Source of the DNA: Arenicellales bacterium
GTDB lineage: Bacteria > Pseudomonadota > Gammaproteobacteria > Arenicellales > JAJDZL01
NCBI GenBank assembly: GCA_965220725.1
Contig: OZ244840.1
Coordinates: 2,560,552-2,624,551 of the forward strand
Direction: 5' to 3'
DNA: 64,000 nt
Notes under the pieces: model-generated
Told to the model about the DNA's origin: nothing
Databases searched by the model: none
The model's input: only the letters and a program-made list of their open reading frames with translations
Shown: positions 39,096 to 47,351 of the stretch, piece by piece
Numbering within the stretch: the stretch's first letter is position 1
Layout: the number at the start of each line of letters is the position of its first letter
Made by a program: the position numbers and the translations under genes

Positions 39096-39410
39096 TTATT
39101 TCGGATGATCCGAAAAAGGATTCGGGCGTTGGGATTCTCTGGACGGAAAATCATCAAGATTTACACCGCGGGGCATGTTTTCAACCAGCCATTGTCCCAA
39201 CGGTTGCCCCGTACTTCTGTGCTGTTCAATTGGCTGCCTCAAGGTTCGGTGCGTCTCCCATTCGCTTGCGGACATTACAATGAACTGACGTCTCTTTCCG
39301 ATCCGTTGTGGACCCTCTTTCTCGGCAAGTCGCAAAATTTCAGACAAACGCGCTTTGGCTTCCGCGACAGTCCAGATTCGGGGAGTGTGCTTTTCTGGAT
39401 AGCTGGTCAT
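39096..39410 (-). CDS. Phd/YefM-type (VapB-like) type II antitoxin, no cognate toxin present
   Basis: IWTVAEAKARLSEILRLAEKEGPQRI..FIVMSASEWE is the typical N-terminal antitoxin fold sequence. The 146 bp downstream, before mtaD, contain no PIN/toxin ORF. Confidence 0.7.
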   Translation of the reverse strand: MTSYPEKHTPRIWTVAEAKARLSEILRLAEKEGPQRIGKRRQFIVMSASEWETHRTLRQPIEQHRSTGQPLGQWLVENMPRGVNLDDFPSRESQRPNPFSDHPK

Positions 39411-39762
39411 ATTTTTCCAAGTTTTCTCGTTTTCATTGCTGTCGGCTATTTTACTGCGGATTGGATTGGTTTGAAATTATGCGGCGATTGCACGTTTACA
39501 CGGACCAAACACTTGTGAATCTATTTTGCTGATGTACAGATGACAGCGAATTGATGGGGCAGGTATTTGCATTGAATTCGCAGTGATGTTCGATGGCTAT
39601 TGATATTTCTAACTTTCGATTCTGGGCTGGATAACATGCTGTCAATGTGCATCTTGTCAATTTTGAACATGAGCCGACTGAATGCGAATTTGGGCCATAA
39701 TTCACAACCTGAAAAACGACAGAATTATTGCAATATCGTGTCAATTCGAGTAACATAAAGAG

Positions 39763-39815
39763 CAATAGAGCCGTCACGCCTCTTAACAATGCGCAACCTT
39801 GGCGGCTATTTTTTT
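39763..39815 (+). ncRNA. candidate ~50-nt structured RNA, module 1 (promoter-hairpin-U tract)
   Basis: TTGCAA (39728-39733), a 17-nt spacer, then TAACAT (39751-39756). The hairpin AGCCGTCA...TGGCGGCT spans 39769-39807 with an inner CGC/GCG helix, followed by A+T7 at 39808-39815. The predicted TSS is inferred, not observed. Confidence 0.35.
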
Positions 39816-39817
39816 GA

Positions 39818-39958
39818 ATGCCAGTGGCTGAAACTTTCAATGGAGTGGAGTTTGTCTGTGAACGGCAAATGCAAGATCTCGCGGACAGAGGGAAAATTGT
39901 TGATGACCCTGAAAAAAAGCGACACGAAATTATTGCAATATCGTGTCAATTCGAGTAA
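39818..39958 (+). CDS. 46-codon mini-ORF paralogous to the Abi N-terminus (copy 1); translation doubtful
   Basis: My translation is MPVAETFNGVEFVCERQMQDLADRGKIVDDPEKKRHEIIAISCQFE. About half of its first 33 residues are identical to the start of the Abi protein, MAETFNEIALSYEQQLQHLKNRGIIVDDDD. No Shine-Dalgarno sequence. Confidence 0.3.
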   Translation: MPVAETFNGVEFVCERQMQDLADRGKIVDDPEKKRHEIIAISCQFE

Positions 39959-39967
39959 CATAGAGAG

Positions 39968-40020
39968 TAATAGAGCCGTCACGCCTCTTAACAATGCGCA
40001 ACCTTGGCGGCTATTTTTTT
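39968..40020 (+). ncRNA. candidate structured RNA, module 2
   Basis: Same elements as module 1 shifted by +205 bp. The hairpin plus T tract at 39974-40020 is identical to module 1. Confidence 0.35.
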
Positions 40021-40022
40021 GA

Positions 40023-40163
40023 ATGCCAGTGGTTGAAACTTTCAATGGAATGGAGTTTGCTTGTGAACGGCAAATGCAAGATCTCAAGGACAGAGGGATA
40101 ATTGTTGATGACCCTGAAAAAAAGCGATACGAAATTATTGCAATCGCGTATCAATTCGAGTAA
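40023..40163 (+). CDS. 46-codon mini-ORF (copy 2); translation doubtful
   Basis: Translates to MPVVETFNGMEFACERQMQDLKDRGIIVDDPEKKRYEIIAIAYQFE, with the same frame and stop position as copy 1. No Shine-Dalgarno sequence. Confidence 0.3.
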   Translation: MPVVETFNGMEFACERQMQDLKDRGIIVDDPEKKRYEIIAIAYQFE

Positions 40164-40172
40164 CATAAAGAG

Positions 40173-40225
40173 CAATAGAGCCGTCACGCCTCTTAACAAT
40201 GCGCAACCTTGGCGGCTATTTTTTT
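40173..40225 (+). ncRNA. candidate structured RNA, module 3
   Basis: Same elements as module 1 shifted by +410 bp. The hairpin plus T tract at 40179-40225 is identical. Confidence 0.35.
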
Positions 40226-40227
40226 GA

Positions 40228-40368
40228 ATGCCAGTGGTTGAAACTTTCAATGGAATGGAGTTTGCCTGTGAACGGCAAATGCAAGATCTCAAGGACAGAG
40301 GGATAATTGTTGATGACCCTGAAAAAAAGCGATACGAAATTATTGCAATCGCGTATCAATTCGAGTAA
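40228..40368 (+). CDS. 46-codon mini-ORF (copy 3); translation doubtful
   Basis: Same peptide as copy 2, with one synonymous difference (GCT to GCC). Confidence 0.3.
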   Translation: MPVVETFNGMEFACERQMQDLKDRGIIVDDPEKKRYEIIAIAYQFE

Positions 40369-40377
40369 CATAAGAAG

Positions 40378-40430
40378 CAATAGAGCCGTCACGCCTCTTA
40401 ACAATGCGCAACCTTGGCGGCTATTTTTTT
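40378..40430 (+). ncRNA. candidate structured RNA / leader-attenuator, module 4 (immediately 5' of abi)
   Basis: TTGCAA at 40343-40348 and TAACAT at 40366-40371. The hairpin plus T7 at 40384-40430 is identical to the other modules and is followed by a GGAG RBS and the ATG at 40440. Confidence 0.35.
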
Positions 40431-40439
40431 GGAGTATCA

Positions 40440-41348
40440 ATGGCTGAAACCTTCAATGAAATAGCGCTTTCCTACGAACAGCAATTGCAGCATCTCAAGA
40501 ACAGAGGAATAATTGTTGATGATGATGATTCTGCATTGTGTAGTCTGAGAACTATCAGTTATTTCCGTATAAACGCCTATTTGTATCCCTTCCGCCACAA
40601 AGTGCAAAAGGATGCGCACTCCGAGCAGTTTATCCCAGGAACTAGACTTAGCGACGCGATTAATCTTCACGAGTTCGATCGTCTTTTGCGGTTAGCGGTT
40701 ATGGATGCTATAGAGCGTTTTGAAGTATGTGTACGAGCACTATTGGCATATAGAATCGCACATTCGTATGGAGTTTTCGGATACACGAATGCAGCGAATT
40801 TTTACCCGGACTTTGATCATTCGACTTGGCAAAGTAAACTGGAAAAAGAGATACATCGTCGGTCCAAAGAAGGCTTCATCGGCCGATTCAAGAATAAATA
40901 TACCGACTATCCCAAATTGCCAATTTGGATGGCGACGGAAGTAATGTCATTCGGTAGTTTATCCATCTGCTTCAATGGACTCAAAATCGACGATAAGCGA
41001 TCAATAGCTTCCAATTTTTCTCTCCCTTACAAGAGACTCCAAAGTTGGTTGCATTTGCTTGTATATATCCGCAATATCTGTTCACATCACGACCGGCTAT
41101 GGAACCGAAGTCTCTCAATTCGATCAATTGTGCCAAGAGATACAAATTGGAACCCACCAATTACACCTCGGAATGACAGGGTATTCTTCGTGCTTCTGGT
41201 TTTAAGGCATTTGCTTCAGTTTGTGCGCGGTGTCGATGACTGGAAGAACTGGTGTGATGAACTAATTTACTCTATATCCGAAGATAGCAAACTACTCAAA
41301 GCAATGGCGGTTCCAGAAAACTGGATTGAGCATCCCTTGTGGAAGTAA
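40440..41348 (+). CDS. Abi_2 family (AbiD/AbiF-like) abortive-infection protein, HEPN-type
   Basis: 302 aa. GGAG RBS 5 nt upstream of the ATG at 40440. The N-terminal ...QQLQHLKNRGIIVDD...ISYFRINAY and the motif YIRNICSHHDRLWNR (R-x4-H) are characteristic of Abi_2/HEPN. The track ORF start 40404 lies inside the hairpin module. Confidence 0.75.
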   Translation: MAETFNEIALSYEQQLQHLKNRGIIVDDDDSALCSLRTISYFRINAYLYPFRHKVQKDAHSEQFIPGTRLSDAINLHEFDRLLRLAVMDAIERFEVCVRALLAYRIAHSYGVFGYTNAANFYPDFDHSTWQSKLEKEIHRRSKEGFIGRFKNKYTDYPKLPIWMATEVMSFGSLSICFNGLKIDDKRSIASNFSLPYKRLQSWLHLLVYIRNICSHHDRLWNRSLSIRSIVPRDTNWNPPITPRNDRVFFVLLVLRHLLQFVRGVDDWKNWCDELIYSISEDSKLLKAMAVPENWIEHPLWK

Positions 41349-41539
41349 TTCAGAAGACAGTCTGGTTTAATGAGGTTGACTCTAAATGGTAAATTCTTGG
41401 ACTCTGAGGTATGAGTAAGACAAGTACGCGAACTGAAATGGAGGCTGTCGAAATGCAGGAAATGCCGATTGAGTCACGCACTCAGGTGCATTAGAATTGA
41501 TCAACTAAATCCACCTTACGATCTGAGGTTCAAGGGACA

Positions 41540-42147
41540 ATGAACGAAACACATACTACAGCAAATGAGAAAGCCTCCCGACCAGCCACCTATCAGGATG
41601 TGATTGACGCACCTATGAACATGGTAGCGGAAATCGTCGATGGTGAGCTACATACCCATACGAGACCCGCTCCGCCACATTTACTTGCCCAATCTGCGCT
41701 TGGGATGCTAATCGGGCATCCTATGATCTCGAAAGCGGTAAACCCGGCGGTTGGATGCTTCTTTACGAGCCCGAAATCCATCTGGGAGAGAATGTTGTGG
41801 TGCCGAACAATGCAGGATGGCGTCTCATTCGAATGCCTGCGCTTCCCGAAACACCGTTTTTCACACTGGCTCCAGACTGGGTCTGCGAGGTGCTATCGCC
41901 CGCAACGCGCGATCTTGACCTAGACGGCAAGCGGGCGGTTTATGCGCGGGCGGGTATTGACCACATGTGGTTGGTCGATCCGGAGGCGAAGTCGTTGGAG
42001 GCATTCGAGTTGCGCGATGGCAATTGGGTTTTGCTCGACTCAATATTCGATGATGTACCAGTTTCGTTGCCACCCTTTGAGGCGGTCAGTTTTAATCTCG
42101 GAGATTTGTGGAAAATTGCGCCACGGAATAACACACGAACAAGTTGA
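41540..42147 (+). pseudogene. Uma2/DUF820 family putative endonuclease, frameshifted
   Basis: ORFs 41540..41923 and 41755..42147 together align along the full length of the intact paralog at 42536..43192. The frame changes near 41712-41722, between ...LIGHP and YDLESGKPGGWMLLYEPEIHLGEN, consistent with one missing base. Confidence 0.7.
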
Positions 42148-42535
42148 CTGCTGAATATGAAGCGGACAGGCTGAACCTGTGCAGTTCAATGGTTTTCGGT
42201 CTTGCTAGTTCAAATCGAAGGTAATACGGCATTTCTGGCTTGGCACAGTCTTGGATTAGCCAGCCATATAGGCACAAATTAGTTAGTTTTGCTCCTTGAG
42301 AATTGAACGAATTGATCGCAGTCCAATATACCTGGACATCGCTCACCTGATGCTGAAACACAGAGCAGACGCTGATTTTGATCAATTGGGATTGAATTGG
42401 TTTTTAGTGCTGAATCTACTTGATCAGACTTGAGAAGCAGAGAATCCGTGGTGACGATTCAGATTGGCTTGCGATATACTCATGAAATAGCATCAAGGTA
42501 ATGACTAAACCTAATCGAAAGAGGGCCAAGGAGCG

Positions 42536-43192
42536 ATGTCCAAGAAACACATCTCAGAGGATGAAGCCTCATCTCGTCCTGAAATCAATCAAGATGTTAT
42601 TGATACGCCTTCCCACTTGGTGGCGGAATTAATTGACGGCAGGCTTTATACTCGCTCGAGACCTGCTTCCCGGCACGCCTTTGCTGAAACGGCACTTGCC
42701 AGCATTCTCAATCCGCCTTTACATTTCAGTCGTGGTGGCCCGGGCGGCTGGTGGATACTCTTTGAACCTGAACTCCAACTGGGTGAAAACATTTTGGTAC
42801 CGGATTTAGCAGGATGGCGGCGCCAGCGCATGTCTCAACTTCCAGATATTGATGAAACCTATATCGTTCCAGACTGGATTTGTGAGGTATTGTCGCCTTC
42901 CACACTAAGTTTTGATCTTGGCCGCAAGAGTGACATTTATGCAAGAGCGGGTGTCGATTACATGTGGTTGGTCGACCCAAACACATACTCGCTGGAAGCG
43001 TTCAAACTGCAAGGTTCAGACTGGGAATTGATTGACTCGCTATACGGCGATGTACCTGTTTCTTTACCTCCTTTTGAGGAAATCAGTTTCGACTTGGGTG
43101 ACTTGTGGTTGCGTACCGTTCATGAAGACTTGCCGGGCATGTTGTTCGCTGAACCTCAAATCGAGCAGATTGGAACATCAACGCAGATGTAG
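42536..43192 (+). CDS. Uma2/DUF820 family putative endonuclease
   Basis: The core PDWICEVLSPST...D..K...YARAGVDYMWLVDP is typical of the Uma2 PD-(D/E)XK-like family. 218 aa. Confidence 0.7.
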   Translation: MSKKHISEDEASSRPEINQDVIDTPSHLVAELIDGRLYTRSRPASRHAFAETALASILNPPLHFSRGGPGGWWILFEPELQLGENILVPDLAGWRRQRMSQLPDIDETYIVPDWICEVLSPSTLSFDLGRKSDIYARAGVDYMWLVDPNTYSLEAFKLQGSDWELIDSLYGDVPVSLPPFEEISFDLGDLWLRTVHEDLPGMLFAEPQIEQIGTSTQM

Positions 43193-43653
43193 TTTCTGAT
43201 TCTCAGGCGCACCTCTCCGTGTGTGATACCTGATTCAGTCTCACGAACAATCTCGCCACTGCCATTTGATCTATTTCAGACTTCTGGCTGAAATCTGACT
43301 CGGCAACTTTCGGTATCGAACCGGCATCTGGAACAATCACGGGCCGGTTAAATGGAACACCGCGTTCCACTATTGGACAGAATGGTTGATGTGTTCGTTT
43401 ACGCTCGCCAACTGTGTTCTTTTGAGTGTCCGCACAGTGTGAATGCGATCATCGTTGGAGACACCGACGATCACTCCAATTGAGTCGGAATCCAGGAAGT
43501 TCTGACACACCAAAAGCGCCCGTGAAGGTTTATTCTGCCGGGCGTTTGTGGTAAAATACGCCGAGAATTATGAACATCCCCACAGTTGATTTTCAAGCGC
43601 TATTTTCGGCGCTTGCTTTCCATTATTTCAAAGTAGATCAATAGGTTGCACAT

Positions 43654-46254
43654 TTGTCAGTTATCGCGAAAAAAACACTGATTGCTGATCTCGAGAACGA
43701 AATGCGCCAGTCCTATCTCGATTACGCCATGAGCGTAATCGTTGGCCGTGCGCTGCCCGATATCAGGGACGGTTTGAAGCCCGTCCACCGTCGGATTCTC
43801 TATGCAATGCATGATCTGAACAATGACTGGAACAAACCCTACAAGAAGTCGGCGCGTATCACCGGTGACGTGATCGGTAAGTATCACCCGCACGGTGATT
43901 CTGCCATCTACGACGCAATTGTCCGCATGGCGCAGGACTTCTCAATGCGGTATCCGCTCATTGACGGCCAAGGAAACTTCGGTTCCGTGGACGGCGATGC
44001 TGCCGCTGCGATGCGATACACCGAGATCCGGCTGTCCAGACTCGCACACGAGCTATTGGCGGATATTGAAAAGGAAACTGTCGATTTCGGCCCCAACTAC
44101 GACGAGACCGAATTTCAGCCCCTGGTATTGCCAACCCGGCTGCCCAATCTGCTGCTGAACGGATCAGAAGGGATCGCCGTGGGCATGGCAACCAAGGTGC
44201 CACCGCATAACCTGACTGAGACAATCAACGCCTGCCTGGCACTGATCGAAAACGAAGACCTGAATATCAATGACCTGATGGAGTTCATGCCAGGGCCGGA
44301 TTTCCCAACGGCTGGAATCATCAATGGACAATCCGGCATCATCCAGGCCTACAGCACCGGTCGCGGATCCATTCGACTGCGCGGAAGAGTCGAGGTCGAG
44401 GCTATAGGCAAGTCCAAAAAACAGGCACTGATCATCACCGAGCTGCCGTATCAGGTACTCAAGGCCAAGCTGATTGAGCAGATCGCTGAACTGGTCAAGG
44501 GTGGAACAATCGATGGAATCAGCATGGTCCGCGATGAGTCCGACAAGTCTGGCATGCGCGTGGTCGTCGAACTCAAGGGCGACGCCAATCCGGAAGTTGT
44601 CGAGAACAACCTCTACAATCACTCGAGATTGGAAGCGAGCTACGGCATCAATCTCGTCGCGCTTGAAAACAACCAGCCGCGCTTGTTTGACCTGAAACAA
44701 CTGCTCAATGGTTTCATCCGCCATCGACGCGAGGTGGTTACCCGAAAACTCGAATTTGAGCTCAGAAAAGCCCAAGCCCGTGCACACATTCTGGAAGGGC
44801 AGGCGGTGGCGCTCTCAAATCTTGATGAGATGATCGCCATCATCAGATCCTCAAAAGGCGGACCGGAAGCCAAGGAACGATTGATGGAACGGACCTGGAA
44901 TCCAGAGTTCGTTGTCCAATTGAAAGCATCAAACGAGACGGTACAGGCGTCCGATGACGGAGAGGGCACTGAGTTTGGACTGACTGCGGATGGCTATCGG
45001 CTATCCGAAGAGCAGGCTGTTGCAATATTGCAGATGCGTCTTCAGAATCTGACGGGTCTGGAGCGCGAAAAAGTGTTCAAGGAGTTCAAGGAGATCTTGG
45101 CCCTGATTCAACGCACTCAGGAAATCCTTGCTTCATCGGAACTGCTGATGAAGGAAATTTCCGACGAACTCATCGAGTTGCGCGAGCAGTACGGCAAGAA
45201 TGATACAAGGCGGACCGAAATCATCGTCAATGCGCTGGATCTGAACAACGAGGATCTGATCAAGCGCGAAGACGTTGTGGTCACCATCTCACACGCGGGT
45301 TATGCCAAGCAGCAGCCACTCACCGAATACAGATCACAGAATCGCGGCGGCAGGGGAAAGACGGCAACAACCCACAAGAACGACGACTTTGTTCATACGA
45401 TGTTTACCGCCAATACGCACGACACATTGCTCTGTTTCACCAATCTCGGCAAGGTATACGCAACCAAGGTCTATCGGCTGGATCGCGCCGGCAGAACCGC
45501 CAGGGGACGGCCGCTGATCAATGTGTTGCCGGCACTGGCGGAAAGCGAGCGGGTTACAGCAGTCTTGCCGATCAGGGAGGGCAATGGCGGAAAATACATC
45601 GTGCTTGCCACGCGTCTGGGCAAGATCAAGAAGTCCCGCAAGGAGATTCTCGCCCATCCAAGAACAAATGGACACCGGGCACTGACTCTGGCCGAAGGTG
45701 ATGAACTTGTCGGTGTGGGTATTACCAGTGGAGATCACGACATCATCCTGGTCAGCGATGCCGGCCGCTTGGTGCGATTCCATGAATCCGATGTTCGGGC
45801 AATGGGTCGCTCTGCCGCAGGCGTGAAGGGCATCAGGTTGAAAAAGAACCAGAACATGATCTCAATGCTTTGCGTCGACCCGGACGATGAGAACCAAACT
45901 GTCTTGCTGGCTTCATCGGACGGATATGGCAAACGAACCAATGTAAGCGAGCTGACCAGAAAATCTCGTGCCATTCAGGGCGTGTACGTGTTGCCTGCCT
46001 CAAAGCGGAGAAAAACGGAAATGGTTGGTGCGATGCTGGTTCAAAACGACGATTACATCATGTTGATTACAAATCGTGGGACGTTGATCAAGACGAAAGC
46101 CAACTCGATATCAACATACGCCAGGAGCGCCGGTGGTGTTCGACTGATCAGCCTGAATGAGGAGGAATCCCTCGTTGGCTTTGCCATCGCATCGGATGAC
46201 GACTTGGACGCTGAATCAGAAGAGATTGCATCCGAAGACAGCCAGTCGGAATAA
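43654..46254 (+). CDS. gyrA: DNA gyrase subunit A
   Basis: [33 protein letters not shown] and the AAAMRYTE active-site Tyr region. 866 aa with an acidic tail. TTG start as in the track. Confidence 0.95.
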   Translation: MSVIAKKTLIADLENEMRQSYLDYAMSVIVGRALPDIRDGLKPVHRRILYAMHDLNNDWNKPYKKSARITGDVIGKYHPHGDSAIYDAIVRMAQDFSMRYPLIDGQGNFGSVDGDAAAAMRYTEIRLSRLAHELLADIEKETVDFGPNYDETEFQPLVLPTRLPNLLLNGSEGIAVGMATKVPPHNLTETINACLALIENEDLNINDLMEFMPGPDFPTAGIINGQSGIIQAYSTGRGSIRLRGRVEVEAIGKSKKQALIITELPYQVLKAKLIEQIAELVKGGTIDGISMVRDESDKSGMRVVVELKGDANPEVVENNLYNHSRLEASYGINLVALENNQPRLFDLKQLLNGFIRHRREVVTRKLEFELRKAQARAHILEGQAVALSNLDEMIAIIRSSKGGPEAKERLMERTWNPEFVVQLKASNETVQASDDGEGTEFGLTADGYRLSEEQAVAILQMRLQNLTGLEREKVFKEFKEILALIQRTQEILASSELLMKEISDELIELREQYGKNDTRRTEIIVNALDLNNEDLIKREDVVVTISHAGYAKQQPLTEYRSQNRGGRGKTATTHKNDDFVHTMFTANTHDTLLCFTNLGKVYATKVYRLDRAGRTARGRPLINVLPALAESERVTAVLPIREGNGGKYIVLATRLGKIKKSRKEILAHPRTNGHRALTLAEGDELVGVGITSGDHDIILVSDAGRLVRFHESDVRAMGRSAAGVKGIRLKKNQNMISMLCVDPDDENQTVLLASSDGYGKRTNVSELTRKSRAIQGVYVLPASKRRKTEMVGAMLVQNDDYIMLITNRGTLIKTKANSISTYARSAGGVRLISLNEEESLVGFAIASDDDLDAESEEIASEDSQSE

Positions 46255-46277
46255 TCCCACCGCCCATCAGTTCAGAC

Positions 46278-47351
46278 ATGGACCTCAAATCCTTACGCAA
46301 GGAAATCGATGCGATCGATGTCGAGTTGCAGAACCTGATCACTCGACGGGCCGGAATCGGCAAGAAGGTTGCCGAAATCAAGAGCCAACAGGAAAATCCC
46401 CAGTACTTTGTGCCTGAAAGAGAGGCGCAGATACTCAACATGGTTGCGGAGAGAAACAAGGATGGCTTGCTCAGCGACAGGAGCATGGTACATATCTTCC
46501 GCGAGATCATCTCCGCCACGCGGGATTTGGAACAGCCCATTCGAATCGCCATTCTTGGGCCCGAGGGCACATTCACACAGGCCGCTGCCCATCGGCATTT
46601 CGGACACGCATTCGAGGCAGTCTATCGTGATACGATCAACGATGTCTTTGATGCGGTGGAATTCGACAAGGCTGCATACGGTGTGGTGCCAGTTGAAAAC
46701 TCCAATCAAGGCGTAGTCACCAGCACGCTTGACCGCCTGTCTGATTCCGAACTCAAGCTCTGCGGCGAGATTGAAGTCCAGGTGGAGCACGCGCTGATCA
46801 GTCAGGCTGATGAGATCACACAGATCGAGAAGATTCTGGCGCATCCGCAGGCTCTGGCGCAGTGTCAGAAATGGCTGAGCCGGAACTGCCCGAACGCCAA
46901 GCCCATCAAGGTCGAAAGTAATGCACAGGCCGTGCAGAAAATTCGTGATTCAAGGACTTCCGCTGCCATCGCGTCCGAAGCGGCTGCGAACATCTATGGT
47001 GTCAACGTGCTGAAAACCAACATCGAGGATCATGTGGGCAATACAACCCGGTTTCTGGTGATCGGGAAGATCGCGGTTGGCCCGACCGGACAGGACAAGA
47101 CCAGCATCTTGGTCTCAAAGAAGAACGAAATCGGCTCACTGGTCGAACTGCTTGAGCCGTTTGCACGACTGGGTGTCAACATGTCTAAAATCGAGTCGCG
47201 TCCAAGCCGGAAGACGTTGTGGGATTACGTGTTTTTCATTGACTTCGAGGGACACGAATCCGATGAGAATGTTCAGCAACTTTTCGTCGAGTTGCGTGAC
47301 AAGGCACCACTGTTCAAGTTGCTCGGTTCGTATCCCCGCTCCGCACGTTGA
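46278..47351 (+). CDS. pheA: bifunctional chorismate mutase / prephenate dehydratase (P-protein)
   Basis: N-terminal CM helix LRKEIDAIDVELQNLITRRA, a PDT domain, and a C-terminal ACT domain (ESRPS). Confidence 0.9.
   Translation: MDLKSLRKEIDAIDVELQNLITRRAGIGKKVAEIKSQQENPQYFVPEREAQILNMVAERNKDGLLSDRSMVHIFREIISATRDLEQPIRIAILGPEGTFTQAAAHRHFGHAFEAVYRDTINDVFDAVEFDKAAYGVVPVENSNQGVVTSTLDRLSDSELKLCGEIEVQVEHALISQADEITQIEKILAHPQALAQCQKWLSRNCPNAKPIKVESNAQAVQKIRDSRTSAAIASEAAANIYGVNVLKTNIEDHVGNTTRFLVIGKIAVGPTGQDKTSILVSKKNEIGSLVELLEPFARLGVNMSKIESRPSRKTLWDYVFFIDFEGHESDENVQQLFVELRDKAPLFKLLGSYPRSAR

Larger units (their letters stand above)
39723..40439 (+). repeat. tandem repeat, exact 205-bp period, 3.5 units (module starts 39723, 39928, 40133, 40338), directly upstream of the Abi gene
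   Basis: The motif AATTATTGCAAT recurs at exactly +205 bp three times. The modules are more than 90% identical. A degenerate trace of the unit end (ACCTGAAAAACGACAG) precedes module 1. Confidence 0.95.

Noticed and set aside
39723-40439. Possible CRISPR array
   Set aside because: The repeats are contiguous 205-bp units with no unique spacers between them, and no cas genes are nearby.
39496-40440. A chain of four overlapping minus-strand ORFs (39496..39840, 39806..40087, 40011..40292, 40216..40440) with near-identical products (…KNSRQGCALLRGVTALLL…)
   Set aside because: They are the antisense reading of the 205-bp tandem repeat. Each spans about 1.4 repeat units and overlaps the next, there is no RBS, and 205 is not a multiple of 3, so the similarity is simply repeated DNA. 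The + strand ORF 39789..40022 and the 40404 start of the Abi ORF run through the hairpin plus T7 tract for the same reason.
44164-46844. Antisense ORFs opposite gyrA (44164..44787, 45334..45783) and pheA (46148..46576, 46293..46844)
   Set aside because: Same reasoning: they are embedded in highly conserved housekeeping genes with no independent signals.
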